DNA of 20,000 nt, taken from an uncultured virus (IMG/VR IMGVR_UViG_3300021092_000032) (taxonomy: Duplodnaviria; Heunggongvirae; Uroviricota; Caudoviricetes). The notes under the pieces were generated by a model. The model was not told where the DNA came from and ran no database searches. It saw nothing but the letters and a program-made list of their open reading frames with translations. Numbering within the stretch: position 1 is the first letter of the stretch; every line of letters starts with the position of its first letter. The position numbers and the translations under genes are program-made. Location: the IMG/VR virus record IMGVR_UViG_3300021092_000032; one strand, given 5' to 3'. Positions 1-7,717 of this stretch are shown here, in pieces.

Positions 1-2
1 GT

Positions 3-1352
3 GACCCCATCAGGCGTCGTCACTTTTGAGAATGTGCCTTTGGTTGCGCTGTTGCTGATGATCGTGCCATCGTTCTGAACGATGCCAATGCTGTCACGCA
101 TAATGGCGATGGCGCCTGCCTTTGGGTCTTTCAGCAGGGTGCCAGCGCCTTCAGCCAGGGTAGACAATGCCGTGGGAACGCTTAGAAGGTTACCCCAGGG
201 CGGCGAGATGCCTGCCGTCTGCAATACTTTGTTAACCGCGAATACGCAAGCGTTTTCCGGTGCTGCGGGGCCGCCTTTTGTGTTCATGTCTTTGGCTGCC
301 TCGGCCGCTTTGGCTGTCAGCTTGGCTTTTTCGGCTGCGGGCTTGCTGTCGTTTTTCGCGGCGCCGCCCACCCAGTTACTGTCGCCCTCGCCTGCAGTGC
401 CGCATTCAATCGACGTGCTGTAGCCACTGCTCGTTAGTTCGTGTGTGATTTGCTTGATAGCCCAAGTTCCGTCAACATACGGGCGGAAGTTTTTAAGCGT
501 GACCAGGCCATCAGCGTTCAAGTCAGGGCGGCCAGGCAACCGCAGGCTCACGCGTACTTCGCCAGCCTTCAGGCTTTGCAAACGGCTCTCTGCGGCTTTC
601 TTAGCCTCGGCCTGGTCGCGGAACAGTTGTTTTTCCTCAAAGACTGGTAAAGGGCCTTTCTTGCCGAAGGTTTCATTCTTCTCCTTGTTTAACTTTCGGT
701 CTAGGTATTTAACCTTGACGGCGCCATAGGCGCCACGGTTTTTCAAGGTAGCCCGCCAGTCCGTTACCTCGTCCACGGTAATTGCAAACTCGCCCGCCCC
801 CGTACTGCGGGGCGTAACGATAAGTTTGCCGTCTGCGGGTTTGATTGTGGCTTTGTATTTTTTAGCCAGGCGGGTAAGAAACGACTGGTCGCTTTCGTTG
901 GTTTGGTCCTCATGCTTAATTTTTACACTACCCAAACCTCCTTTAATCACAGGCGTCAGGCCGTTGCGCTTAGCAATTTTGTTCACCACATCAGCGATGG
1001 TTTTGTCATGCCAGCTTTCAGTCCGTTGACCTTTCACCAGTTCAGGCGCGGTTTGCGCGGCAGTGGCTTTAATGACCATGCTGCGTGGCCCCATGGATAG
1101 CTCAATTTCGTCCACGGCATAAGCCCCCATGTAGACCGGCAATTTGCCGCCACTGCTGTAACCGAGCCAAACACGCAGCCAAGCGCCGCTACGCGGCAAC
1201 GGCAGCAGGCTGTCCCGGTCATCTAAGGAAATTTCGAGACTGTCACTTTCTTGGCCAGCAGCGTCGTTAATGCGCAGGCTCAACAGACGATCCTTTATGG
1301 CATCAGTAACATCGTTCCCGTCGGCAATGATGCGGAAGGCCGGTGTGCTCAT
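3..1352 (-). CDS. gpD: P2 gpD-like baseplate hub (late control D family) with C-terminal NlpC/P60/CHAP-like extension; 3' end lies outside the window
   Basis: Not in the ORF track; translated by hand from the ATG at 1352 (ATGA overlap with the gpX stop). MSTPAFRIIADGNDVTDAIKDRLLSLRINDAAGQESDSLEISLDDRD...LRVWLGY...MGAYAVDEIELS...SWHDKTIADVVNKIAKRNGL...HEDQTNESDQSFLTRLAKKY...GTWAIKQITHELTSSGYSTSIEC are gpD motifs. The frame stays open for 450 codons to the window edge. It follows U and X as expected. Confidence 0.93.
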   Translation of the reverse strand, partial: MSTPAFRIIADGNDVTDAIKDRLLSLRINDAAGQESDSLEISLDDRDSLLPLPRSGAWLRVWLGYSSGGKLPVYMGAYAVDEIELSMGPRSMVIKATAAQTAPELVKGQRTESWHDKTIADVVNKIAKRNGLTPVIKGGLGSVKIKHEDQTNESDQSFLTRLAKKYKATIKPADGKLIVTPRSTGAGEFAITVDEVTDWRATLKNRGAYGAVKVKYLDRKLNKEKNETFGKKGPLPVFEEKQLFRDQAEAKKAAESRLQSLKAGEVRVSLRLPGRPDLNADGLVTLKNFRPYVDGTWAIKQITHELTSSGYSTSIECGTAGEGDSNWVGGAAKNDSKPAAEKAKLTAKAAEAAKDMNTKGGPAAPENACVFAVNKVLQTAGISPPWGNLLSVPTALSTLAEGAGTLLKDPKAGAIAIMRDSIGIVQNDGTIISNSATKGTFSKVTTPDGV

Positions 1353-1561
1353 GAATCCCAGATACGCAGAGTTTCAGTGCTTTGCGGCAGTTGCAGGGTG
1401 GGCAGCTCAATCATCAGGCCCTCAGGCAGTATTGGCAACAAATCAGCCAAACCAGGGTTGACGCGCAACACGGTCTCCACCGTTAGTTGCGTGCGCCCGT
1501 AGTAACGCCAGCAAATCTCGTCCAGCTCGTCAAACTGGCGCGTGACGTAATACTGGCTCAC
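1349..1561 (-). CDS. gpX: Phage tail protein X (P2 gpX, LysM-like)
   Basis: 70 aa, YVTRQFDELDEICWRYYGR...VETVLRVNPGLADLLPILPEGLMIELP...LRIWD is the typical gpX pattern; lies between U and D. Confidence 0.95.
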   Translation of the reverse strand: MSQYYVTRQFDELDEICWRYYGRTQLTVETVLRVNPGLADLLPILPEGLMIELPTLQLPQSTETLRIWDS

Positions 1562-2691
1562 GATTGCACCGCCTGTTTAACAGCGTTGGTAATTTTCGGA
1601 TCGACGTTTAGCATCGGCCCCAACGTTGCGGCTGCGTCCACCATGTTGCGAAGCCCAGGGGCGGCGGAACCCGCGAGTTGCTGCAGCACGGTCGGGCTGG
1701 CTTGGCGCAGGGCTTCAATCCCAATGCTTGTAGCTGCTGGGCCTTTACCTTGCGCAAATGCCTGAGCCATCTTGGCGCCATCAACGCCAAGCTGTGCCCA
1801 GGCGTTGTTCTGTGGCACGCTGATTCCCGCTAGGCCAAATGATCCAAGCGCAGCGCCCACATAGTCCTTATTGCCGACGGCTTTTGCAATGTTGGCAATT
1901 TGCCCCAAATTGAAGCCGGCGCCTTTTGCCTGCTGCGTCACAGCGCCCAAGGCGGAGCCGGTCGCTGCCTCCAGTGCCTGAAAGGGTGAGCCACCTCCGA
2001 TAAAAGTGTTTAAGCCGCTAGTGACGGCGCCGGCCAAGCCTCCAGGTAATACATTGCCCAGAACGCCACCTATGCCACCAGGCAAGACACTCCCCAGTGC
2101 CCCAGTCAGGCCGCCAGGCAAAACTGCGCCAAGGGCCCCAGTAAGGCCGCCCGGTATGACTGCACCGAGGGCGCCTGCCAAACCGCCGGGCAAAACTGCC
2201 CCCAGGGCGCCTGCCAAACCGCCGGGCACAGCGGCCGCCAAAGCGCCCTCCAGCCCGGCAGGCGATGGCACTACAGCAAGCGGGCTCGCAGCTGGCGCAG
2301 GTTTGTCCGGTGCGTAGTAGACAAGGAGGATGTTGAAACCAATTTCGCGGGCGTTTCCACCCTCCGCGAATGTTCCTTTGCTTTCCTTAAGTTGTTTTAT
2401 AGCCCATTGGCCGTAAACCTTGCCTAGGCCATCGGTAAACATCAATGGTTCGCCCTTGACGGCGATTTTGCGAAGATCCTCCAGCGTGTTTTGCTTTCCG
2501 CTGAAGCCGGGATACAGCACGCCGTCCAGCGTGATTTGTTGTGAGCCAGGGCCTACAAACTGCTGCGCAGGGTCGCGCAAGAGGCGTCCTTGTTCCTCCC
2601 AGCGGTAGTTCGCATCCCACTCCAGCTTCTGCGGAACACCGTTTGGCAGGTCAAACTGGAAATCGCCAAGCTGGAACAGTGGCTTAGTCAT
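1558..2691 (-). CDS. gpU: P2 gpU-like tail tube initiator with a long Gly/Ala-rich C-terminal extension
   Basis: The first ~126 aa (LFQLGDFQF...YRWEEQGRL...AQQFVGPGSQQITLDGVLYP...GEPLMFTDGLGKVYGQWAIKQLKESKGTF...GNAREIGFNILLVYY) match the gpU pattern; directly follows the tape measure; ~250 extra residues follow. Confidence 0.9.
   Translation of the reverse strand: MTKPLFQLGDFQFDLPNGVPQKLEWDANYRWEEQGRLLRDPAQQFVGPGSQQITLDGVLYPGFSGKQNTLEDLRKIAVKGEPLMFTDGLGKVYGQWAIKQLKESKGTFAEGGNAREIGFNILLVYYAPDKPAPAASPLAVVPSPAGLEGALAAAVPGGLAGALGAVLPGGLAGALGAVIPGGLTGALGAVLPGGLTGALGSVLPGGIGGVLGNVLPGGLAGAVTSGLNTFIGGGSPFQALEAATGSALGAVTQQAKGAGFNLGQIANIAKAVGNKDYVGAALGSFGLAGISVPQNNAWAQLGVDGAKMAQAFAQGKGPAATSIGIEALRQASPTVLQQLAGSAAPGLRNMVDAAATLGPMLNVDPKITNAVKQAVQS
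2011..2262 (-). repeat. Degenerate 36-bp (12-aa) tandem repeat, 7 units, consensus PGGLAGALGAVL, inside gpU
   Basis: Units: PAGLEGALAAAV, PGGLAGALGAVL, PGGLAGALGAVI, PGGLTGALGAVL, PGGLTGALGSVL, PGGIGGVLGNVL, PGGLAGAVTSGL (aa 144-227). Confidence 0.9.
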
Positions 2692-5206
2692 TTAGCAGCA
2701 CCCGGTGGCGGGATTCAATTTGGCGCTGGATGTCCATAAAGGCCATCTCCACCTGCTGGCGAATTTCATTGGCGTCGCCGCCTGTTGTGTTGATCGTAAC
2801 GGGGGCGTTGATGGTTACAGGTGCGGCGGCCTGGGCCTGCTGGGGTGGCAGCGGCGCCTGAATTGTGAGCGGTGCTGCTGCCGCAGGCTGGGCAGCCATC
2901 ATGGCAGTCATTGCACTTGCTGTCAGCGGCCGAGCAATGCGTGGCACGATGGCGCCGTTCATGCCAGGCACGAACAATTCAGGCCGGCGTTCACCCACGA
3001 GGTAGGGGCTGCCTTTGCTGACCGGGCCGCCAGATGCGCGGCCAGGTGGGCGGCTGCCGGTGTTTGGAGTTGTGGCAGGCGCTCCGCCGCCGCCCACAAA
3101 TGATTTAATGCGATTCCATGTCCCGCTGATCCAACCAAACAGCTCAGTAGCCTTGGCTTTCAGTCCGTCCAGGATGGCTTGGATTACAAGCTGGCCCACG
3201 CTGGCGACCCGTTGCGGCGTTTGCTGAATAAAGGCCACCACTTGATTGAAAATGCCTTGCACACCTGGCGGCAACTTACCGAAAAGCCCCAGAATTAAAC
3301 TGGGTATGGGGAACATGATTGCCAGGATTCTCGGCCCCCATTGCATGAAAAATCCAATGACTCGGTTGATCATGCCTTGCATGAAGGCGGCATAACCGTT
3401 CCAGATGCCTTGCATAAAGGCGATGGCGCCGTTCCAGGCGCCTTGGATGACGCCAGCAGCACCCTGGAAAATGCCGCCCAGCCAGGCACCCAAGCCACTA
3501 AAAGCGCCCTGCATAAAGGCGATGGCGCCGTTCCAGGCGCCTTGGATGACGCCAGCAGCACCCTGGAAAATGCCGCCCAGCCAGGCACCCAAGCCACTTA
3601 AAGCGCCCTGCGCGGCCGCCATGCCCTGCTGGAACACGCCCCCGATCCAGGTGGTGAAGCGCCCCCAGGTGGCCACCACGGCCCCCCAGGCGCTGGCCAT
3701 TGCGGCCTTCACCTTGTCCCAGTTCTTGACGAGCAGGTAGACGCCGACGCCGATACCGGCAATCAGTGCAATCCAGGGCAGCAAGGGCAGCATCGCCGCG
3801 CCAATGGTGCTGCCCAGCACCGCGAACACGGTGCCGATGCCAGCGAGGATAGGCGTGGCAGCCGCCACAGCGGCGCCGATGGTGCCGATGGCGCTAATCA
3901 CGCCGGCAATAATTGGCAGCGCAATGATCAGGCCTGCCAGCGCACCGCCGATCAAGACGATGCCTGTAACAAGGCCTTGATTTTTCTGTGCAAATTCGCC
4001 AAGGCCCACCAGCACGGGTGTCACGGCCTTCATAATTGCGTTCAGGCTCGGCAGCAGGGCAGTCCCGATGCTGATACCCATTGCCTGCAGGCCGTTCTGG
4101 AAAATCTTGGCCTGCGCCCCAGATGTTGCCATCTGGTTCTTGAACTCCTTTTGCATGGAGCCCGCAAAAGCGGACTTATCTGCAACCAAATCAAAAGCCT
4201 GATCAAGGAGCTTTGTGTTGGTGAGCAGCGGCATGATCGCCGCTTTGCTTTCTTCGCCAAACAACGCGCCAGCAATGCTCACCCGCTTTTCGGGGGAGAG
4301 GTTGGCCATTGCCTTCATCACCGACTTGATGGTGCCTTCGGCGTCGGTCTGCATCCCTTTGGCCAGCTTGCTCGAGACATCGCTCCCGAACATGGTTTCC
4401 AGGGCTTCGACCTGTTTCTTCGTGGCCTGTTCGCCCTTGGTTAGGGCGTTGAGGAAATTCTTCAGGCCAGTGCTGGCGACATCAACAGGCGTGCCAGAAG
4501 CAAGGAACGCGGCACCCAGGCCCGCGATTTCTTCTTTCGCCAAGCCAGCTGATTTCCCAATAGCACCGATCCTGGTGGTAAGGCTTACAAGATCGGCAGC
4601 GTTAACCGTGCCCTGGAACTTGTCGGACAGGTAATTGATTGCATCGCCAAGCTCAATGACCTCGGGCTGCGTGATGCCAAGCTGCGCCCGCATGGCGACC
4701 ATCGCTTCGCCAGCAGCCTCGGCCGTCATCTGGAAGGCCACGCCCATCGCGGCGGCGGTCTTCGTGAAGGGGATTATGTCTTTCTCGGCATAGCCCGCAA
4801 AGCCAGCGGCGGCGGCAATCTTGGTGAGCTGCTCTGCGGTGTATGGCAACTCCCCGCTCAGTTTGATTAGCTGGTTCCCAAACCGTGTGACACCAGCTGC
4901 GCCGTCCTCAAAGTCAATGGCCTTGCGAATGTCCGCCATGGCGGCGTCAAACTTCATGGCCTCGCGCACGCTCAGGCCAACAGCCCCGGCAAACGCGGTC
5001 GCGCCGATTGTGGCCTGCTGCCACAAATCGTTACTAAAAATGTTCTTGAAGCTTTTCTTGCCGCTGGTGGCGGCGTCGTTCATCGTCCGTGAGACGTTGC
5101 GCCCAAACGACGAAACCTGGCTCTGGGCCGTTTGGAGCGACGAGCGAAGTGAGGCGGCAATTTTGCCGCCGATCTCAACCGTAATCTTGCTGAGCCCGCC
5201 GGTCAT
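2684..5206 (-). CDS. gpT: Phage tail tape measure protein (TP901-type core)
   Basis: 840 aa, Ala/Gly-rich. TP901-like core (AMKFDAAMADIRKAIDF...LGDAINYLSD...ASTGLKNFLNAL...ALFGEES...FAGSMQKEF), hydrophobic segments, Trp/Phe-periodic repeats and C-terminal RASGGPV...YLVGERRPELFVP; lies after the tail chaperones. Confidence 0.96.
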   Translation of the reverse strand: MTGGLSKITVEIGGKIAASLRSSLQTAQSQVSSFGRNVSRTMNDAATSGKKSFKNIFSNDLWQQATIGATAFAGAVGLSVREAMKFDAAMADIRKAIDFEDGAAGVTRFGNQLIKLSGELPYTAEQLTKIAAAAGFAGYAEKDIIPFTKTAAAMGVAFQMTAEAAGEAMVAMRAQLGITQPEVIELGDAINYLSDKFQGTVNAADLVSLTTRIGAIGKSAGLAKEEIAGLGAAFLASGTPVDVASTGLKNFLNALTKGEQATKKQVEALETMFGSDVSSKLAKGMQTDAEGTIKSVMKAMANLSPEKRVSIAGALFGEESKAAIMPLLTNTKLLDQAFDLVADKSAFAGSMQKEFKNQMATSGAQAKIFQNGLQAMGISIGTALLPSLNAIMKAVTPVLVGLGEFAQKNQGLVTGIVLIGGALAGLIIALPIIAGVISAIGTIGAAVAAATPILAGIGTVFAVLGSTIGAAMLPLLPWIALIAGIGVGVYLLVKNWDKVKAAMASAWGAVVATWGRFTTWIGGVFQQGMAAAQGALSGLGAWLGGIFQGAAGVIQGAWNGAIAFMQGAFSGLGAWLGGIFQGAAGVIQGAWNGAIAFMQGIWNGYAAFMQGMINRVIGFFMQWGPRILAIMFPIPSLILGLFGKLPPGVQGIFNQVVAFIQQTPQRVASVGQLVIQAILDGLKAKATELFGWISGTWNRIKSFVGGGGAPATTPNTGSRPPGRASGGPVSKGSPYLVGERRPELFVPGMNGAIVPRIARPLTASAMTAMMAAQPAAAAPLTIQAPLPPQQAQAAAPVTINAPVTINTTGGDANEIRQQVEMAFMDIQRQIESRHRVLLND
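3411..3608 (-). repeat. Near-perfect 99-bp direct tandem duplication (33 aa) in the tape measure gene
   Basis: 3411-3509 and 3510-3608 differ at one base by my reading (ccactaaaag vs ccacttaaag). Encodes A(L/F)SGLGAWLGGIFQGAAGVIQGAWNGAIAFMQG twice. Confidence 0.95.
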
Positions 5207-5385
5207 CGCTTTGCCTTCATTTGCTTGGCAATCTCATTCTCGATGGACTGGGCGCTTTTTAGCCAGGCCCAGAACTCATCAGCATCAAGATCAAGGATGT
5301 CGGCCAAGCCCCAACCGGTCAGCTTGGAGAGCACGATGACCCCCCTGCGCCAATCGTCCTCTAGGGCTTGGCCCCCTTGAAATCC
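5203..5385 (-). CDS. gpE': Tail assembly chaperone extension (P2 gpE'-like), probably reached by -1 ribosomal frameshift from gpE
   Basis: The -1 frame relative to gpE reads GFQGGQALEDDWRRGVIVLSKLTGWGLADILDLDADEFWAWLKSAQSIENEIAKQMKAKR*. The GW...I..L...E...W pattern is typical of GpE-family extensions, and the stop overlaps the tape measure start (ATGA). Confidence 0.8.
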   Translation of the reverse strand, partial: GFQGGQALEDDWRRGVIVLSKLTGWGLADILDLDADEFWAWLKSAQSIENEIAKQMKAKR

Positions 5386-5624
5386 AGAAGCTGCGCTTCC
5401 AGCTTGGCAAAATCAGCCGAGTCCAGCTCCAGCAGTTCATCGGGCGCAACCTCGCAAAGGCTGGCCATCAAGTGCAGGGCCTTGTCGGCGTCATCAGCCT
5501 TGCTTTTAGCGAAGGCCATTTCGTCCCGCACTTTGGGGCGGCGCATAGTAAGGCTTTTAACCTCCACGCCGCTGATGGAAAGGGGAAAGTCGAGGGCGAC
5601 TTTTGCTGTTGGGCGCTTGTCCAT
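5361..5624 (-). CDS. gpE: Phage tail assembly chaperone (P2 gpE / Mu gp41-like)
   Basis: 87 aa, LDFPLSISGVEVKSLTMRRPKVRDE...LMASLCEVAPDELLELDSADFAKLEAQLLDF; lies between tube and tape measure. Confidence 0.92.
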   Translation of the reverse strand: MDKRPTAKVALDFPLSISGVEVKSLTMRRPKVRDEMAFAKSKADDADKALHLMASLCEVAPDELLELDSADFAKLEAQLLDFKGAKP

Positions 5625-5630
5625 GCAGGA

Positions 5631-6137
5631 TTAGATTCCGATGGCTGTGCGGATGGACTCAAGCTGATCCGCACCGTTGATTTTTCGGATCATGTTCACT
5701 TTGTCAATCTCCACTGCCACAGTGCCACCGATGGTGATTTTGAGGTAGCGGAGCGCGATGCTGCATGTCATCGTGGTCTGCTCGCCGGCTTCCCAGTCGC
5801 CGGGGTCCATTTCTTTAATTACGCCGGTCATGTTGACCACCATGGATACGGCAGGCTCACCATCGCGACGCAAAGCGCCACGGGCTGTCAACTGCGTGGC
5901 AGCGCCGTCAGCCAGGCCGTAAAGGCCAAGAATGTTCTCGTCGTAATCAAACAGCTCAAAGGTGGATTCGAGCTTTTCCATACCCATGTCGATTTCGACA
6001 GGGGCATCCATGCCGCCACCACGAAACTCCTCCATCTTTGTGGTGAGTGTGGGCAGCGTCAGCGTGGAGACGGTGCCGGCCAAGCCGCGACCGTCAACGA
6101 ACAAGCTGAAGTTCTTTAGAACGCGGGGGATAGCCAT
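5631..6137 (-). CDS. FII: Phage major tail tube protein (P2 FII family)
   Basis: MAIPRVLKNFSLFVDGRGLAG...LPTLTTKMEEFRGGGMDAPVEIDMGMEKLE...EIDKVNMIRKINGADQL is the canonical FII pattern. Confidence 0.97.
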   Translation of the reverse strand: MAIPRVLKNFSLFVDGRGLAGTVSTLTLPTLTTKMEEFRGGGMDAPVEIDMGMEKLESTFELFDYDENILGLYGLADGAATQLTARGALRRDGEPAVSMVVNMTGVIKEMDPGDWEAGEQTTMTCSIALRYLKITIGGTVAVEIDKVNMIRKINGADQLESIRTAIGI

Positions 6138-6147
6138 GGGTCAGTCC

Positions 6148-7560
6148 TCAACGGAAAAGGTCAACAACGTAAGAGTTGACAAGGTGGGAGCGGAACGTGA
6201 CCCGCTCAGCCGGGTAAGGGGGAGTGAACTCAAAATCGAAGAATACTTGCCCGTTGGCAATGTTTTCGGGGCTGTTGAGTTCCGGGTCCACCCACACGTC
6301 AGCGCCCAGCAGGGCGCCGCGTGCCTTCAGATTGCGCAGGTAGGCACGCACCGACTCTTGGACTTCTTCCAAGTAAGTCGCTGTGATGCAGCGGTCCACG
6401 GCCCACAGGTGGCCGCGCAGGATGCTTTCGTTGATCATGTCGGCGGTGCGCCGCACGCTTAAGAAGGCATAGAGGGGGTCCATTGCCAGGGTGCGGTTCC
6501 CCCACAGACGGAAACCCTGCTCACGAACGATAGTGGCAATCTTGGCTTCGTTCAGCAGGTTGGCCCGGCTGGTGTAATCGCCCAGGGTGAAATCAATGGC
6601 GCGGGCAGTGCCCTCAATGCCATTGATTTCGTTGTTGCTCGGGCTCCACCAGAAACCGCGCTCGTTATCCATTTTGTTGATCAAGCCGGCCACAGCAGGC
6701 GAAGCGGGGAAGGCTTCACCGTTGCGGATGATCCAGGGATCAATGACATAGATGCGGTCGCTGCCAAAGTCGTCAGCGATTTGGATGGCGGCTGCGTCGT
6801 TGCTGTTGGGGCCGTCAACAATGATCACAGCGCGGAGGCGCTGTGCAATGCCCAGCATCTCAGCAACTACCTCGCTTCTGACGGCGCCACGTTGCACGGT
6901 GCCGGCTACCGCCTGTGTGCCACCGGCGGGCGGCGCTGCGATGGTGATGGTGGGGCTGCTGTTGTAGCCGCTGCCAGGGCTGTCAACAATAAACTCAACG
7001 ACCTTGCCACTGTTTGCGCCAGTGCCCAAGCGAGCGCGGATCACAGCGCCGCTACCGCCGCCACCAGTCACGGTCACTGCGGGGACAGTGGTGTAGCCCG
7101 CGCCTTGGTTGCTGACCGCGATTGACAGAATGCCGTTGCTGGCCCGCTGATGGGTGAACTCCGGCGCGATCAGGATGCGGGGCGCAAAGCCCACGGCGTT
7201 TTCCGCTGCCAGAAAAGCGTGAACACCCTCGTACTCGCCAGTGGTTTCATTGATTCCGCCGACCACGTTGTTGATCGTGGCGTAATCGGTAGACGCCTCT
7301 TCAACGCGGACGACAATAACAACGGCGCCAGCCTGGTCGTAGATCAGGTCAAGGGCCTTAAACAAAGTGCCCTCTTCGCCTAGGCCGACCATTTCTGAGC
7401 GGCGAGCCAGCAGGACCGGCGTGTTAATAGGAAACTTTTCGGCGTCGGCGTCAGGCGCAGTGCCGATCAACCCGACGACGCTGCTGCGGACGGTTTGAAT
7501 CGGGCGAGTCCCAGAGTCAATCTGGAGGACTTCAACGCCGTGAAGAAAGGTTGTGGTCAT
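6148..7560 (-). CDS. FI: Contractile tail sheath protein (P2 FI family) with an internal insertion
   Basis: FLHGVEV...GTRPIQTVRSSVVGLIGTAPDAD...FPINTPVL, PRILIAPEF, GFWWSPSNNEINGI, GFRLWGNRT, FLSVRRTADMI, FTPPYPAERVTF; AAGGAGG RBS upstream. Confidence 0.97.
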   Translation of the reverse strand: MTTTFLHGVEVLQIDSGTRPIQTVRSSVVGLIGTAPDADAEKFPINTPVLLARRSEMVGLGEEGTLFKALDLIYDQAGAVVIVVRVEEASTDYATINNVVGGINETTGEYEGVHAFLAAENAVGFAPRILIAPEFTHQRASNGILSIAVSNQGAGYTTVPAVTVTGGGGSGAVIRARLGTGANSGKVVEFIVDSPGSGYNSSPTITIAAPPAGGTQAVAGTVQRGAVRSEVVAEMLGIAQRLRAVIIVDGPNSNDAAAIQIADDFGSDRIYVIDPWIIRNGEAFPASPAVAGLINKMDNERGFWWSPSNNEINGIEGTARAIDFTLGDYTSRANLLNEAKIATIVREQGFRLWGNRTLAMDPLYAFLSVRRTADMINESILRGHLWAVDRCITATYLEEVQESVRAYLRNLKARGALLGADVWVDPELNSPENIANGQVFFDFEFTPPYPAERVTFRSHLVNSYVVDLFR

Positions 7561-7570
7561 CGCGAAGGGG

Positions 7571-7577
7571 CCTCCTT
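7571..7577 (-). promoter_or_regulatory. Shine-Dalgarno site AAGGAGG for the sheath gene
   Basis: cctcctt on the + strand, 10 nt upstream of the ATG at 7560. Confidence 0.75.
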
Positions 7578-7588
7578 ACAAAATGAGT

Positions 7589-7717
7589 TTAGCGGCCCTG
7601 GCCCCTGAGCTTCTTGCGCCCGTGCGAGGGCTTTGAATGTTGTCCAGAGCCCTGGCGCGTGCGCTTAGGCTTGTGCTGGATTTTCAGGGCCTCCGGGCTG
7701 ACCTTTGGCCGTGCCAT
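7589..7717 (-). CDS. 42-aa highly basic small protein
   Basis: Below the ORF-track cutoff. MARPKVSPEALKIQHKPKRTRQGSGQHSKPSHGRKKLRGQGR*. Its ATG overlaps the upstream stop (TGATG at 7715-7719), and it fills the gap up to the sheath RBS. Confidence 0.75.
   Translation of the reverse strand: MARPKVSPEALKIQHKPKRTRQGSGQHSKPSHGRKKLRGQGR

Noticed and set aside
2011..2262. CRISPR-like array suggested by the 36-bp periodicity
   Set aside because: The units are contiguous with no spacers, diverge at third codon positions and lie within a CDS.
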